The notes below the pieces were generated by a model. The model saw nothing but the letters and a program-made list of their open reading frames with translations. It was not told the origin of the DNA and did no database searches. From the NCBI GenBank assembly GCA_048938895.1, contig JBHLLU010000007.1, positions 1-64,000 of the forward strand: a DNA stretch of 64,000 nt. Direction: 5' to 3'. The number at the start of each line of letters is the position of its first letter. Position 1 is the first letter of the stretch. The DNA is from Promethearchaeota archaeon. Its GTDB lineage: Archaea; Asgardarchaeota; Lokiarchaeia; Sigyniarchaeales; SOKP01. Shown piece by piece: positions 19,752 to 30,028 of this stretch. Both the position numbers and the translations under genes were made by a program.

Positions 19752-21393
19752 TTTTGTTTAGAGCGATTTCTACTTCTTTTCTAACATCCCAATTATCATC
19801 CCCCAATATTTCAACGAGAGGATCAATTGCATCTTTATTACCAATTTCACCTAAAGCTTTAACTGCAGAAAGTCGAATTTTATCATCAGATTCTTTTAAT
19901 AAGGAAATAAAAGGTTCAATTGATTCAACCTTTTTCAGTTTTCCAAGAGCCATAGCCGCCCAACTCTTAATATAAATATCGTCATCATTAAGACATGAAA
20001 TAAGTGAATTTATTGATTCATTTCCGCCTAAGTTTATAAGTAGTTTCACCCCTGTTCTTCTAAGTTTCCAATTTGGGCTTTTTATAGCCTCATTCGCTAT
20101 GTTATTCAACTTATCAGATTCAAAATTGACTAGACTACTGATTGCTGCTTTCCTTACACTCCCATGTTCATCCTCAAGTAATTTAAAAATTAGATCTATG
20201 GTCTCAGGATCTCCAATTTCTCCTAAAATTCTTACACAATACATACGAATTTGCCAAGACTTATCTTGTAAACCATTAATGATTAAATCGTCAGAAATTT
20301 TGTCTAAAATTTTAAGTGTTGATTTATAGGCAGACCTTCTTATACTTGCGACTTTACTATTGAAAGTATTGATTAATAAATCAAGTGCCTTATGATCTTT
20401 TAACATACCAACTAATTTTATTGCTTCCTTTCTAGCAATTACATTTCTACCTTTAATAAGCTCATAAAGTACATCATATGTTTTTGATCTTGATAGAATT
20501 TTTAACAATGAAGCTCGCGCAAGATTTCGAATTTTAAAATCCTTTTCTTTTAAAAGTTCTAATAATGGTTTTGTGGCTCTTTTACTACCTACATTTCCTA
20601 GTACACGAATAGCTTCTTTTTTTACTTCTATCTCTATGTCATTGAGAGCATTTAATATATATTTTGTATTTTTCAATTCAATTATTTTTTCTAAGGCTTT
20701 AACTGAATTTTTCCTTACAGAGGGAGCTAAATCATTCAAATTTGATATTAAAATATCTTCACTTTTCTTGTCACCGATTCTTCCTAATATAACCGGTATT
20801 TCTCTTTTGATATTTGGATCTTCAGATTCAAAATAATCGTAGATTGTTTCTAAATTTCCCTTTTTTCCTATTCTCACAATTGAATCCATTAAAAGATTAT
20901 AAATTTCTATATTTCTATAGTGTAATAATTCTATTAACGGTACAAGGGCTTCTTTTCTCCCTGTTTTTCCTAAAAACGTTATCGCTAGCTTCTTAGAATC
21001 AATATTTGCATCATTTAATGCCTCGATAAAGAAGTGGATAGACCTATTTAAATCCACGTTACCTACTACTTCAATCAAATTTCTTCTTACTGTCCCATCA
21101 CTACAGTTCTTATATTGCTCCTTTAAAAAATCAATCCCATTATCAGGATAAAATTTAGCTAATATATCAATTAAAGCAATACGTAATTGAGGATGTTTAT
21201 CTTCTAAAAACACTTTTTTAATTTCTTGAAGAGGAATTTTATGATGTTCGCGAAATTGAATTAATTTTTCTACTGCTTCTACCTTATTTTCCCATGATTC
21301 TGAAGATTTCAAAATCACTAGCAGAGAATTAACTGCTTCTTCAGGATTCATGGAATTAATTTCTTCAAATAATTGTTTACTATTAGGAATCAA
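19723..21393 (-). CDS. HEAT (PBS-lyase-type) repeat solenoid protein
   Basis: Many ~31-aa repeats of the type L.D....VR..A..ALG.IG...A...L across the whole length. Confidence 0.9.
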   Translation of the reverse strand: MIPNSKQLFEEINSMNPEEAVNSLLVILKSSESWENKVEAVEKLIQFREHHKIPLQEIKKVFLEDKHPQLRIALIDILAKFYPDNGIDFLKEQYKNCSDGTVRRNLIEVVGNVDLNRSIHFFIEALNDANIDSKKLAITFLGKTGRKEALVPLIELLHYRNIEIYNLLMDSIVRIGKKGNLETIYDYFESEDPNIKREIPVILGRIGDKKSEDILISNLNDLAPSVRKNSVKALEKIIELKNTKYILNALNDIEIEVKKEAIRVLGNVGSKRATKPLLELLKEKDFKIRNLARASLLKILSRSKTYDVLYELIKGRNVIARKEAIKLVGMLKDHKALDLLINTFNSKVASIRRSAYKSTLKILDKISDDLIINGLQDKSWQIRMYCVRILGEIGDPETIDLIFKLLEDEHGSVRKAAISSLVNFESDKLNNIANEAIKSPNWKLRRTGVKLLINLGGNESINSLISCLNDDDIYIKSWAAMALGKLKKVESIEPFISLLKESDDKIRLSAVKALGEIGNKDAIDPLVEILGDDNWDVRKEVEIALNKINPDWMKNL

Positions 21394-21552
21394 TTGATAA
21401 CCTTACCCTGTATATATTAATAAAATTTGTAACTATGACAACCTTTGAAATTATACAAAAAAGAAGATTTATTTATGTTTATTGATCTTTGAAATTACGA
21501 AAACTAAATTAGATTCAAAATAGTAATTATTTAATATCAGCAAATTAGATCT

Positions 21553-22008
21553 ATGTCATCGAAGAATGAGTTTCTTAATCATATTGAATATTTGATGAAG
21601 AAATATGAGGATGAAGAAAAATCAGGGATTTTCTTTAAACTTGAGAAGAATAAAGAAGTATTGGAAATACTAGGAGTTTTGAATTTTATAGAAGATAAAA
21701 TTAAGAAATGGGGAAATACAAATATCTTTAGCTATATTGGTGACCTATTTGAAAGACACACAACATTAGTGATTGGCTCAAGTAATTCTAAAGAAGCTAT
21801 TAATATTATAATATATGTTTATTTAACGCAAGTTATTAGAAAAAATGATGAGATCCTAAATATTGAAGGGAAATTTGAGAACATTCATGAAATAGAAGGA
21901 TTTCTAAATGAAGAAATTTCTAAAAACATAAAAGTAGGATATCCTACTAATCTCAAATTAGAAAAGGATTTGAAAAATCATATAGATAAACTCATGTCTT
22001 CAAAATAA
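21553..22008 (+). CDS. Hypothetical protein
   Basis: 151-aa ORF with ATG start and typical composition; no motif recognised. Confidence 0.7.
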   Translation: MSSKNEFLNHIEYLMKKYEDEEKSGIFFKLEKNKEVLEILGVLNFIEDKIKKWGNTNIFSYIGDLFERHTTLVIGSSNSKEAINIIIYVYLTQVIRKNDEILNIEGKFENIHEIEGFLNEEISKNIKVGYPTNLKLEKDLKNHIDKLMSSK

Positions 22009-22039
22009 AAATTATATAAAAATTTTAAGGTGATGGGTA

Positions 22040-22915
22040 ATAAAATTTGTTGAATTGAGTAGTTTTACTGAATCAGAAATATTAGAAACACACAATGAAG
22101 CTTTTTCTGATTATGAAGTACCTATGCAAATTTCTTTGGAGTCATTTAGAAACCTTAATCGTAGGAGAGGTGTTAGTTACAATTTATCTCTTGGTGCAGT
22201 TGATGGTGAGAAATTAGTTGGGTTTATCCTAAATGCCATTGATTATTGGGAAGATAAATTGACAGCTTATGATTGTGGAACGGGAGTTATACCCGATTAT
22301 CGTCAGAAGGGTGTTGGTAATCGAATTTTTAGTGAACTTCTACCTATATTACAAGCAGAAAATATTGAACAATATCTATTAGAAGTCATTCAATCTAATA
22401 CTGCTGCTTATAATTTATACAAAAAGAGAAATTTTCAGATTACTAGAAAATTTGACTGTTTAATGGCAGAAATAAAGGAGATTAAAAGTTGTCTCCATAA
22501 TAGTCGCAATAATCCATTAGCTGAAAAATATGATATTCGAGAAATAAATTCAATTGACTGGAATTATGTCATAAACTTTTGGGATTATCCTCCTTCATGG
22601 CAAAATTCGAATATGTCAGTTCAAAGGTTACCTAATAGTTTTAATTATCTTGGAGCATTTTCAGAAGAAAATCTAGTTGGTTACCTTGTCTATGAACCAA
22701 ATGGAGGTCTTACGCAAATAGCCGTAAGTAAAAATAAACGTAATCAAGGTATTGGCACAGAACTTATAAAATATCTAATAAAACAAAACTCTAATGTCGA
22801 CAAGTTAAGTATAATTAATGTTGATACCCGAGATAACTCCTTGTTAGGTTTTATAAAGTGCCTAGGATTCAATTCTTTTATCACCCAATTTGAAATGAAT
22901 TTAAAAATAAAGTAA
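22040..22915 (+). CDS. Tandem-domain GNAT N-acetyltransferase; probable ATA start
   Basis: AFSDY, GTGVIPDYRQKGVG, LEVIQ.N..A..LY and a second motif A (RNQGIG). AGGTGA SD is followed 6 nt later by an in-frame ATA. Confidence 0.88.
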   Translation: MKFVELSSFTESEILETHNEAFSDYEVPMQISLESFRNLNRRRGVSYNLSLGAVDGEKLVGFILNAIDYWEDKLTAYDCGTGVIPDYRQKGVGNRIFSELLPILQAENIEQYLLEVIQSNTAAYNLYKKRNFQITRKFDCLMAEIKEIKSCLHNSRNNPLAEKYDIREINSIDWNYVINFWDYPPSWQNSNMSVQRLPNSFNYLGAFSEENLVGYLVYEPNGGLTQIAVSKNKRNQGIGTELIKYLIKQNSNVDKLSIINVDTRDNSLLGFIKCLGFNSFITQFEMNLKIK

Positions 22916-22932
22916 AAAAATCAATATAATGA

Positions 22933-24306
22933 TTAATTTTTTTTGTTAACACTCTTTATTGCAATGAACGTGCTTATAGCAGCTACTAAAGTTATTATCA
23001 TAAGTGGATATCCGTTTATTTGAAATCCTCCCTCTTCAAACTTTAAGTTGACATTACCTTGAAAACTTCCTTCAACTGCGGCAATGCCTCCATCAAACAA
23101 CATAATATCAGGAGTACCATTGTCATTAATATCGGGAACTATGTACATCTCTTCAGCCCCATGGTAATGTTCTCCACCAATAGAAATTAATTGAGAGCCG
23201 CTATTACCTGAAAAAACTTCGTGAGGGTAAAAGTCACCGAAAATTCCATAATCGTCATATCCATCAGCATTCACATCTCCACAAAAGGTTACTCCATGCA
23301 TATAATTTAAAAGATTTTGAGCTGTGTGATTGCGAATAAATGATCCGTCTAATCCTGAATAAATACCAACTTTATATCCTGAAGAGTATAATCCACCAAA
23401 GTCACCCCATCCATCATTATTTATATCCCCCACATAATGTAGAGAATGTAGATTGATTGGATTTGACCAAATAATATTGTTATTGGATGTATTTATTAAG
23501 GTAACTCCTGCTCCTGTTCTTGCTATGATTGCATCTGAATTAAAACCAGCTCCATTTGGAATGATATCAAGCCCCCATCCAACTCCTGCTCTATTCCATA
23601 TTTCAGAACCACTAATAGTTAAAACTTGTAAAAAACCTGAAATTGTTAAAATATGTTGAGTTGAATTAATTGTTATCGATCTTATTCCGTTTGAAACTTC
23701 TGCTAGTTCAAACTCCCATATCACAGTCGCATTTACACTTTCAACACATTGAACAATAGCTCTAGGGGTGTAATCAATACCTGTAATGACATAATCGTTT
23801 ACACCATTTCCATTTACATCATGCTCTAAACCAAATCCACAATCAATAACAGGCCAAAAGAACCCAGCTCTTCTATTTTCTTCATCAGGACTGTCTAAGG
23901 CAACACCATCTTCCCCATTAAGTAAATAATGATTATTCCAAACAGCTTCAAACACTAATTGTTCAGTAATATTGTCCCCATCTGCATCAATACCAGAATC
24001 ACAGCCCCAAAGAACTTCATGGTGTAGCCCCCATTGATCCCAGATTTCTTTAGGACCACCATGCGCAGGATTTACATCAAGAGCTTTTGTATATATTGCT
24101 CCACAGATACCTATTTCCCGCCATCCATCACCATTAATATCATCCATAACCCAAGCACCCCAAATTCTTCCCTGGTTTTCTTTATAGGCAAAAATTAACC
24201 CTGAATTTGATGAAGCTTTACAATTTGGTGCGTATGATATTAGATATGATGTAAGCACAAATATAGAAAAGAAAATCATTAGAGATTGTTTAGGTTTTAA
24301 TCTCAT
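22933..24306 (-). CDS. Secreted FG-GAP/integrin-like beta-propeller protein with C-terminal anchor
   Basis: Signal peptide; Ca-binding repeats DINGDG, DADGDN, DVNGNG, GDINNDG, GDVNADG, DINDNG; INGY-TM-KK tail. Confidence 0.82.
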   Translation of the reverse strand: MRLKPKQSLMIFFSIFVLTSYLISYAPNCKASSNSGLIFAYKENQGRIWGAWVMDDINGDGWREIGICGAIYTKALDVNPAHGGPKEIWDQWGLHHEVLWGCDSGIDADGDNITEQLVFEAVWNNHYLLNGEDGVALDSPDEENRRAGFFWPVIDCGFGLEHDVNGNGVNDYVITGIDYTPRAIVQCVESVNATVIWEFELAEVSNGIRSITINSTQHILTISGFLQVLTISGSEIWNRAGVGWGLDIIPNGAGFNSDAIIARTGAGVTLINTSNNNIIWSNPINLHSLHYVGDINNDGWGDFGGLYSSGYKVGIYSGLDGSFIRNHTAQNLLNYMHGVTFCGDVNADGYDDYGIFGDFYPHEVFSGNSGSQLISIGGEHYHGAEEMYIVPDINDNGTPDIMLFDGGIAAVEGSFQGNVNLKFEEGGFQINGYPLMIITLVAAISTFIAIKSVNKKN

Positions 24307-24529
24307 ATTTAATACTATTTCATTTTCAATTATTTAAGCATTCTGTTCAAACTTTGGAGGAAAAATTACTTATATTCACATCTTTTTTCTCAAGGGTTGT
24401 ATACATGTCTATAGTTGACACATTCTATAAGTTTAAAGGATTAGCTTTTGGGGGATAAATAACACCTAAGTTTCTTTAGTACAATCATTGTATAAAAAGC
24501 TTTTAAAAAGAGAAAAAATATAAAAAAAA

Positions 24530-26509
24530 TTACCCTATCTCAATATCCATTTTTTTGCGTTCAGCCATTAAATCATCCACGACTGACGGATCTGCTAATG
24601 TCGTTACATTACCAATTTCTGTTCCCGCAGCAATAGCTTTTAAGATCCTTCTCATTATCTTACCACTTCTTGTCTTTGGTAGAGCATCTGCAAATTGTAT
24701 GACATCTGGTTGAAAAACAGGACCTATTTCTTGTCTTACATGCATTCGAATTTCATTGGCTAATTTGGCTGATTTCTCAACTCCTTGCATTAATGTTACA
24801 TATGCATAAATTGCCTGTCCTTTTATCTTGTGAGGAAAAGGTGCAACTGCAGCTTCTGCAACACTTGGATGACTTACTAGAGCCGATTCAACTTCCATAG
24901 TTCCTATGCGGTGACCAGACACTTTGATTACATCATCTAATCTTCCAAGAATCCAATAGTAACCATCTTCATCGCGTCGTGCCCCATCACCAGTATAATA
25001 ATAACCAGGATATCTCTCAAGGTAAGTAGATTTAAATCTTTCAGTATCACCCCAGACATCTCTTAACATACCAGGCCATGGTTGTCCCATAGCAAAGTAT
25101 CCACCTTCATTTGGTTCAGTCACTTCATCACCTTCTAGATCAAATATAATCGGTCTAATCCCTAAGAAAGGCATACAACATGATCCTGGTTTAGTCGGTG
25201 TTGCTGTAGATATGGGTGTCATGATGAATCCTCCAGTTTCAGTTTGCCAGTAAGTATCAACGATTGGACAATGACTTTTCCCAATAACTCTATGATACCA
25301 CGTCCAAGCTTCTGGATTAATAGGTTCCCCCACAGTTCCCAAAACTTTTATAGAACTTATATCATGCTTTTCCACAGGTTCTTCCCCATATCTCATTAGG
25401 GCTCTAATAGCAGTTGGTGCAGTATAAAAGTGTGTAACTTTATGACGTTCTACGATATCCCAGAACCTATCAACGTCAGGATAAGTAGGAACTCCTTCAA
25501 ACATTAAACTCGTTGCACCATTTGCAAGTGGTCCATAAACTATGTAAGAATGACCTGTAATCCATCCTATATCCGCAGTACAATACCATATATCCTCTTC
25601 ATGATAATTAAAAACAACCCTATGGGTAAATGATGTATACAAAATGTATCCTGCAGTAGTATGTTTTACACCTTTAGGTTTGCCTGTTGTTCCACTTGTA
25701 TATAAAATAAATAATGTATCTTCAGAATCCATTTTTTCAGATTCACATTCTTCACTCATTCCTTCAATGAAGTCATGATACCAGATATCTTTATCTGTAT
25801 GAGGAACATCCCTACCTGAACGTTGAACAACAATAACCTTCTCAATAGTAGGAACATCATCAATAATCTGAACTACATCTGCCATTTTAGGATAATATTT
25901 TCCTGCTCGTAACGTTTCATCACTAGTAAATAGTAGTCGAGAATCGGAATCTTCAATTCTATCTTTTACAGCTTCTTTTGAAAAACCACCAAATACAATT
26001 GAATGAATCACACCAATTCTAGCACATGCTAGCATAATGATAGCTAACTCCGGAATCATTGGAAGCCATATCGTTACTCGATCTCCCTTCTTCAAACCCA
26101 ATTTCTTCATACCATTTGCGACATTATTAACTTCTTTTAATAGCTCATTGTAAGTAAACTTTCTTACCTGTCCTGGTTCATCCGCTTCCCATATTAATGC
26201 TATTCTTTCACCGTTTCCCGCATTGACATGTCTATCTAAACAGTTATAGGCAACATTTAGTTTTCCTCCTACAAACCAATTCCCTGGAAATAAATCTGTT
26301 TTTTCCCATACTTTCTCATAAGGTTCAAACCAATCTAACGATTTTGCTTGTTCCCCCCAGAATCCTTCCATATCCTCAATAGATTGTTTGTAGAGTTTTT
26401 TGTATTCTTCTAATGACATACCAGTTTTAGCAAAATCTAAATTAAGGGCGACAGGATCAAATATACGATTCTCAGTAAGGATACTCTCCATTCGTTCTTC
26501 TTTCGACAT
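24530..26509 (-). CDS. acs: AMP-forming acetyl-CoA synthetase
   Basis: YTSGTTGKPKG, ADIGWITGHSY, VGEPINPEAW, DTYWQTETG and PKTRSGKIMRR motifs. Confidence 0.97.
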   Translation of the reverse strand: MSKEERMESILTENRIFDPVALNLDFAKTGMSLEEYKKLYKQSIEDMEGFWGEQAKSLDWFEPYEKVWEKTDLFPGNWFVGGKLNVAYNCLDRHVNAGNGERIALIWEADEPGQVRKFTYNELLKEVNNVANGMKKLGLKKGDRVTIWLPMIPELAIIMLACARIGVIHSIVFGGFSKEAVKDRIEDSDSRLLFTSDETLRAGKYYPKMADVVQIIDDVPTIEKVIVVQRSGRDVPHTDKDIWYHDFIEGMSEECESEKMDSEDTLFILYTSGTTGKPKGVKHTTAGYILYTSFTHRVVFNYHEEDIWYCTADIGWITGHSYIVYGPLANGATSLMFEGVPTYPDVDRFWDIVERHKVTHFYTAPTAIRALMRYGEEPVEKHDISSIKVLGTVGEPINPEAWTWYHRVIGKSHCPIVDTYWQTETGGFIMTPISTATPTKPGSCCMPFLGIRPIIFDLEGDEVTEPNEGGYFAMGQPWPGMLRDVWGDTERFKSTYLERYPGYYYTGDGARRDEDGYYWILGRLDDVIKVSGHRIGTMEVESALVSHPSVAEAAVAPFPHKIKGQAIYAYVTLMQGVEKSAKLANEIRMHVRQEIGPVFQPDVIQFADALPKTRSGKIMRRILKAIAAGTEIGNVTTLADPSVVDDLMAERKKMDIEIG

Positions 26510-26849
26510 TCTAATCTACACTTTTGAATTTCTTTTATAATTTGATTAATGAATTTAATTTTTTATATTTTATAGAATAGTACTAATTCAAGAAAGAATT
26601 GAATGGAATTTAAACATTTTATCTATAAATCATTTAAGATAATTTTCGAAGGAATCAGTTTGATAATTATATTGAGTAAAACATAAATTAAAAATAAATT
26701 TTAATAGGTGTTTAATTGGATTCAATTGTATAAAATTGAATAAGTAAACAAATAATAAATTAAGACAAAATCAATCTAATCGAACAATAAATTTAAGCTA
26801 ATAAATAATATTATAATTAATTCCAATTTTTTCATACCCCATAGGTAAG

Positions 26850-27206
26850 GTGATAAATATACCTAAATGCAAATTTTGTGGTAAAGAAGTTGCTAAAAAT
26901 GATTTTGTAGATGATTTTGAAATATGTATAAATTGCGTTATGACAAATACAATCAATTATTCTTTAAAATATGACCTTCGTATGTGTTTATTCTTTTTAG
27001 GAATATTGTTTTTCATTGTATCTTTGTTTTCCGTGATAACTATTATCCCTTTTGTATTATCAGATTTTAAGCAATATTTTGTTTTTGCCTTACCTCCTTT
27101 AATTATGAGTATCATCAGTGGTAGTTTAGTTCTCAGTTCATTACTTGTTTCTAAACAAAAATATATAAAGGAAAGAAAAAAGCCAGAAAACACTTTATCA
27201 TTATAA
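26850..27206 (+). CDS. Small Zn-finger plus 2-TM membrane protein (possible ATA start at 26859)
   Basis: CKFC...CINC followed by two hydrophobic helices. Confidence 0.7.
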   Translation: MINIPKCKFCGKEVAKNDFVDDFEICINCVMTNTINYSLKYDLRMCLFFLGILFFIVSLFSVITIIPFVLSDFKQYFVFALPPLIMSIISGSLVLSSLLVSKQKYIKERKKPENTLSL

Positions 27207-27268
27207 AATAAAGTTATATAAAGGCAATAATAATCTAAGTTAGTATAATATGTTAGAAAGGAATAAAT

Positions 27269-29161
27269 ATGTCGAATTCAGAATGGCGAGAGAAGTGGAA
27301 AGATAAAGAAATCAGTGCTGAAGATGCTGTTAAGAAAATTATACCAGGTAATAGAGTTTTTATTGACTCAGGATGTTCAGAACCACAATTATTAACATCA
27401 GAATTAATAAAACAATCAGAAAAGCTAATTGATACAGAAATCCTTCATTTTTTAACAATTGGGCCTGAAAAGTATTTCGAGGATAAAGCTGAAGATCTCT
27501 TTAGACATAACGCATTTTTTATTGGAAAAACTCTTCGTGAGGAAATTAATAAAGGTCAAGCTGACTATACTCCCATTTATGCCAGTGAAATCCCCTCGTT
27601 AATTACCACAGGACGTAAACACATTGATATTGCACTTATACAAGTTAGCCCTCCAGATCCTTATGGATTTTGTTCCTTAGGGATAAATGTGGATATTGCC
27701 AAACCTATAGCTCAATCATCATTTATGACTATTGTTGAAATAAATCCGCAAATGCCTCGTACCTTAGGAAATAGTTTTATTCACATGAAAGAAATAGACT
27801 TTTTTGTATATAATGATGTGCCTTTATTGGAATTTCAATTTGATGAACCAGATGATATTGCTGAAAGAATAGGTCAAAATTTAGCTAATTTAGTAGAAAA
27901 TAAATCAACCATCCATGTAGGATTTGGGGATCTACCAAATACCTGCTTAAAATACTTATTTGATAAAAATGATCTAGGTATGCATTCACACTATATTACT
28001 GATAATATAATCCCTCTTATTGAAGAAGGAGTGTTGACTTGTAGAAAGAAAAATTTCCATCCTGAAAAGATAATTACAAGTTTTGCGTTAGGGACTAAAA
28101 AATTGTATGATTTTGTACACAATAATCCATACATCGAATTTTTTCCTTCGGATTATGTATGCAATCCACGACATATTGGAATGAATAAAAAATTGGTTTC
28201 AATAAATTCAGCGAGACAAATTGACCTAACAGGACAGGTAAATGCAGCTACAGAAGGCTATCAATTTTATTCTGGATTAGGAGAAACTATTGATTTTATG
28301 AGGGGTGCTGCATTTTCAAAAGGAGGAAAACCAATTATAATTATCCCTTCAACATCTCGGGACGGTAAAAAATCTAGAATTGTTCCTCATTTAGATGAGG
28401 GTGCAGGAATAATGTTATCTCGTGGAGATGTACATTATGTTGTAACTGAATGGGGGGTTGCCTATCTTCATGGTAAAACGATCCGAGAAAGAGTGCTTGA
28501 ATTGATATGTATTGCTCATCCAGACTTCCGACAATCTCTATTGGAAGAAGCAAAGAAGTTAAACTATGTGTATTCAGATCAAATTCTTCCCTGTGATGAA
28601 GAAGGACGAATATGTATATATCCTTCACAATATGAAACGATCTATACCGCATATAACAGCGAAAAGATTAGAATTAGACCCGTCAAAACTACAGACGAAT
28701 CATTACTTAAAGAATTATATTATTCTTTAAATGAGAGAGATAGATATTTAAGATTTTTCGGTATGAAAAAAGAGTTTACACATTCTAAAACCCAAGACGA
28801 GGTTAATATCGATTATGACAAAATATTCTCGATTGGTGCATTTGTAGGGGAAATAGGTAAAGAAGAAATGGTGGGAAACGCAACATATTATCTGAATCCT
28901 AAATTGAATACAGCGGAATATAGCTTTCTAGTCAGAGAGGGATATCGCGGGAAAGGGGTTGGGACTTTTCTTTACCGACATCTTATTATTATAGCAAAGG
29001 AAAAAGGGATAAAAGGATTTTATGGCAACATTCACATTCAAAACAAGAGTACTGTTCGTATTATACAACAAGGGGGTTATACCAAAATCACTCCTCCGGA
29101 AGCGGGAGAAAAAGAGCTATTTTATGAAGTCTTTTTTGATAAAGAAGATTCTATAGATTAG
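27269..29161 (+). CDS. Acetyl-CoA hydrolase/4-hydroxybutyrate CoA-transferase-like domain fused to a Pat-type GNAT
   Basis: DIALIQVSPPD..G..SLG, EINPQMPRT.G, DLTGQV, S.GGKPI and VVTEWG motifs; C-terminal IRIRPV..DE.......SL...RYLRFF ... YRGKGVG. Confidence 0.9.
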   Translation: MSNSEWREKWKDKEISAEDAVKKIIPGNRVFIDSGCSEPQLLTSELIKQSEKLIDTEILHFLTIGPEKYFEDKAEDLFRHNAFFIGKTLREEINKGQADYTPIYASEIPSLITTGRKHIDIALIQVSPPDPYGFCSLGINVDIAKPIAQSSFMTIVEINPQMPRTLGNSFIHMKEIDFFVYNDVPLLEFQFDEPDDIAERIGQNLANLVENKSTIHVGFGDLPNTCLKYLFDKNDLGMHSHYITDNIIPLIEEGVLTCRKKNFHPEKIITSFALGTKKLYDFVHNNPYIEFFPSDYVCNPRHIGMNKKLVSINSARQIDLTGQVNAATEGYQFYSGLGETIDFMRGAAFSKGGKPIIIIPSTSRDGKKSRIVPHLDEGAGIMLSRGDVHYVVTEWGVAYLHGKTIRERVLELICIAHPDFRQSLLEEAKKLNYVYSDQILPCDEEGRICIYPSQYETIYTAYNSEKIRIRPVKTTDESLLKELYYSLNERDRYLRFFGMKKEFTHSKTQDEVNIDYDKIFSIGAFVGEIGKEEMVGNATYYLNPKLNTAEYSFLVREGYRGKGVGTFLYRHLIIIAKEKGIKGFYGNIHIQNKSTVRIIQQGGYTKITPPEAGEKELFYEVFFDKEDSID

Positions 29162-29210
29162 GTAATACGTATTTTTATTTTTCTTTTTTAATTATTTAGC
29201 TTGTTAAAAA

Positions 29211-30011
29211 ATGAAGTTTAAATATACAGATTATCATCTGCATACAGCAAATTGGAGTGTCGATGTCGGAAAAGATGGTCCTACATTCGAGGACTATATT
29301 AAAGTTGCAGAAAAAAATGAAATTAATATCTGTTTTCTTGAACACTATGAGCTATACTATATTGAGAAAGATAAAACAAATCCTTTTTATAATGGAAATA
29401 TTGATAATTATTTAGAAGAACTTGATGAACTGAAAGAAACCTATGATTTCATCTATAGTGGACTTGAAATCGAGTATTATGAAGATAGAGAAATTAAGCT
29501 TCTAGAATTAATGGATGATTACGGAAGAGACTTAGATTTCATAGGAGGAACTTTACACGAATGGATTTTTGGCTATCCTATTACTTCTAAAGAAAAATTA
29601 TTGGATTTTCTTGCTAAAAAAAAGATGAGAGATATTATAGATGAATATTTTCTACTATCCAAAAAGATGATCAATTCGAAAATCTTTAAGAATATTTGCC
29701 ATCTTGATACTATTTTTCGCTATATTAATGAAAATGACATAAAACCTGAAGAAGATTGTGATGTTTCTGAAGATAGAGTCTTAGAATTGGGACGTCTCTG
29801 TATAAAGAATAAAATCTCTATTGAATTCAATTTATCTGGTAGAAAATTTCCCATTGGACGACCCTTTCCTTCAAAATCAGTGATATCCACGTTAAAAAAA
29901 GAAGGAGGATCATTTTTTGTAGGATCAGATTCTCATAAATTAGATTATTTTGAAAGTCAAATCTCAAAAGTAAAAGAAGCATATAACTATATAAATTCAA
30001 TATCATATTAA
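29211..30011 (+). CDS. PHP-family phosphatase (HisK/HisJ histidinol-phosphatase-like)
   Basis: DYHLHT, EH, GLEIEY, GTLH, CHLD, IEFN and GSDSH motifs. Confidence 0.85.
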   Translation: MKFKYTDYHLHTANWSVDVGKDGPTFEDYIKVAEKNEINICFLEHYELYYIEKDKTNPFYNGNIDNYLEELDELKETYDFIYSGLEIEYYEDREIKLLELMDDYGRDLDFIGGTLHEWIFGYPITSKEKLLDFLAKKKMRDIIDEYFLLSKKMINSKIFKNICHLDTIFRYINENDIKPEEDCDVSEDRVLELGRLCIKNKISIEFNLSGRKFPIGRPFPSKSVISTLKKEGGSFFVGSDSHKLDYFESQISKVKEAYNYINSISY

Positions 30012-30028
30012 ATTACAGCTATTATATT

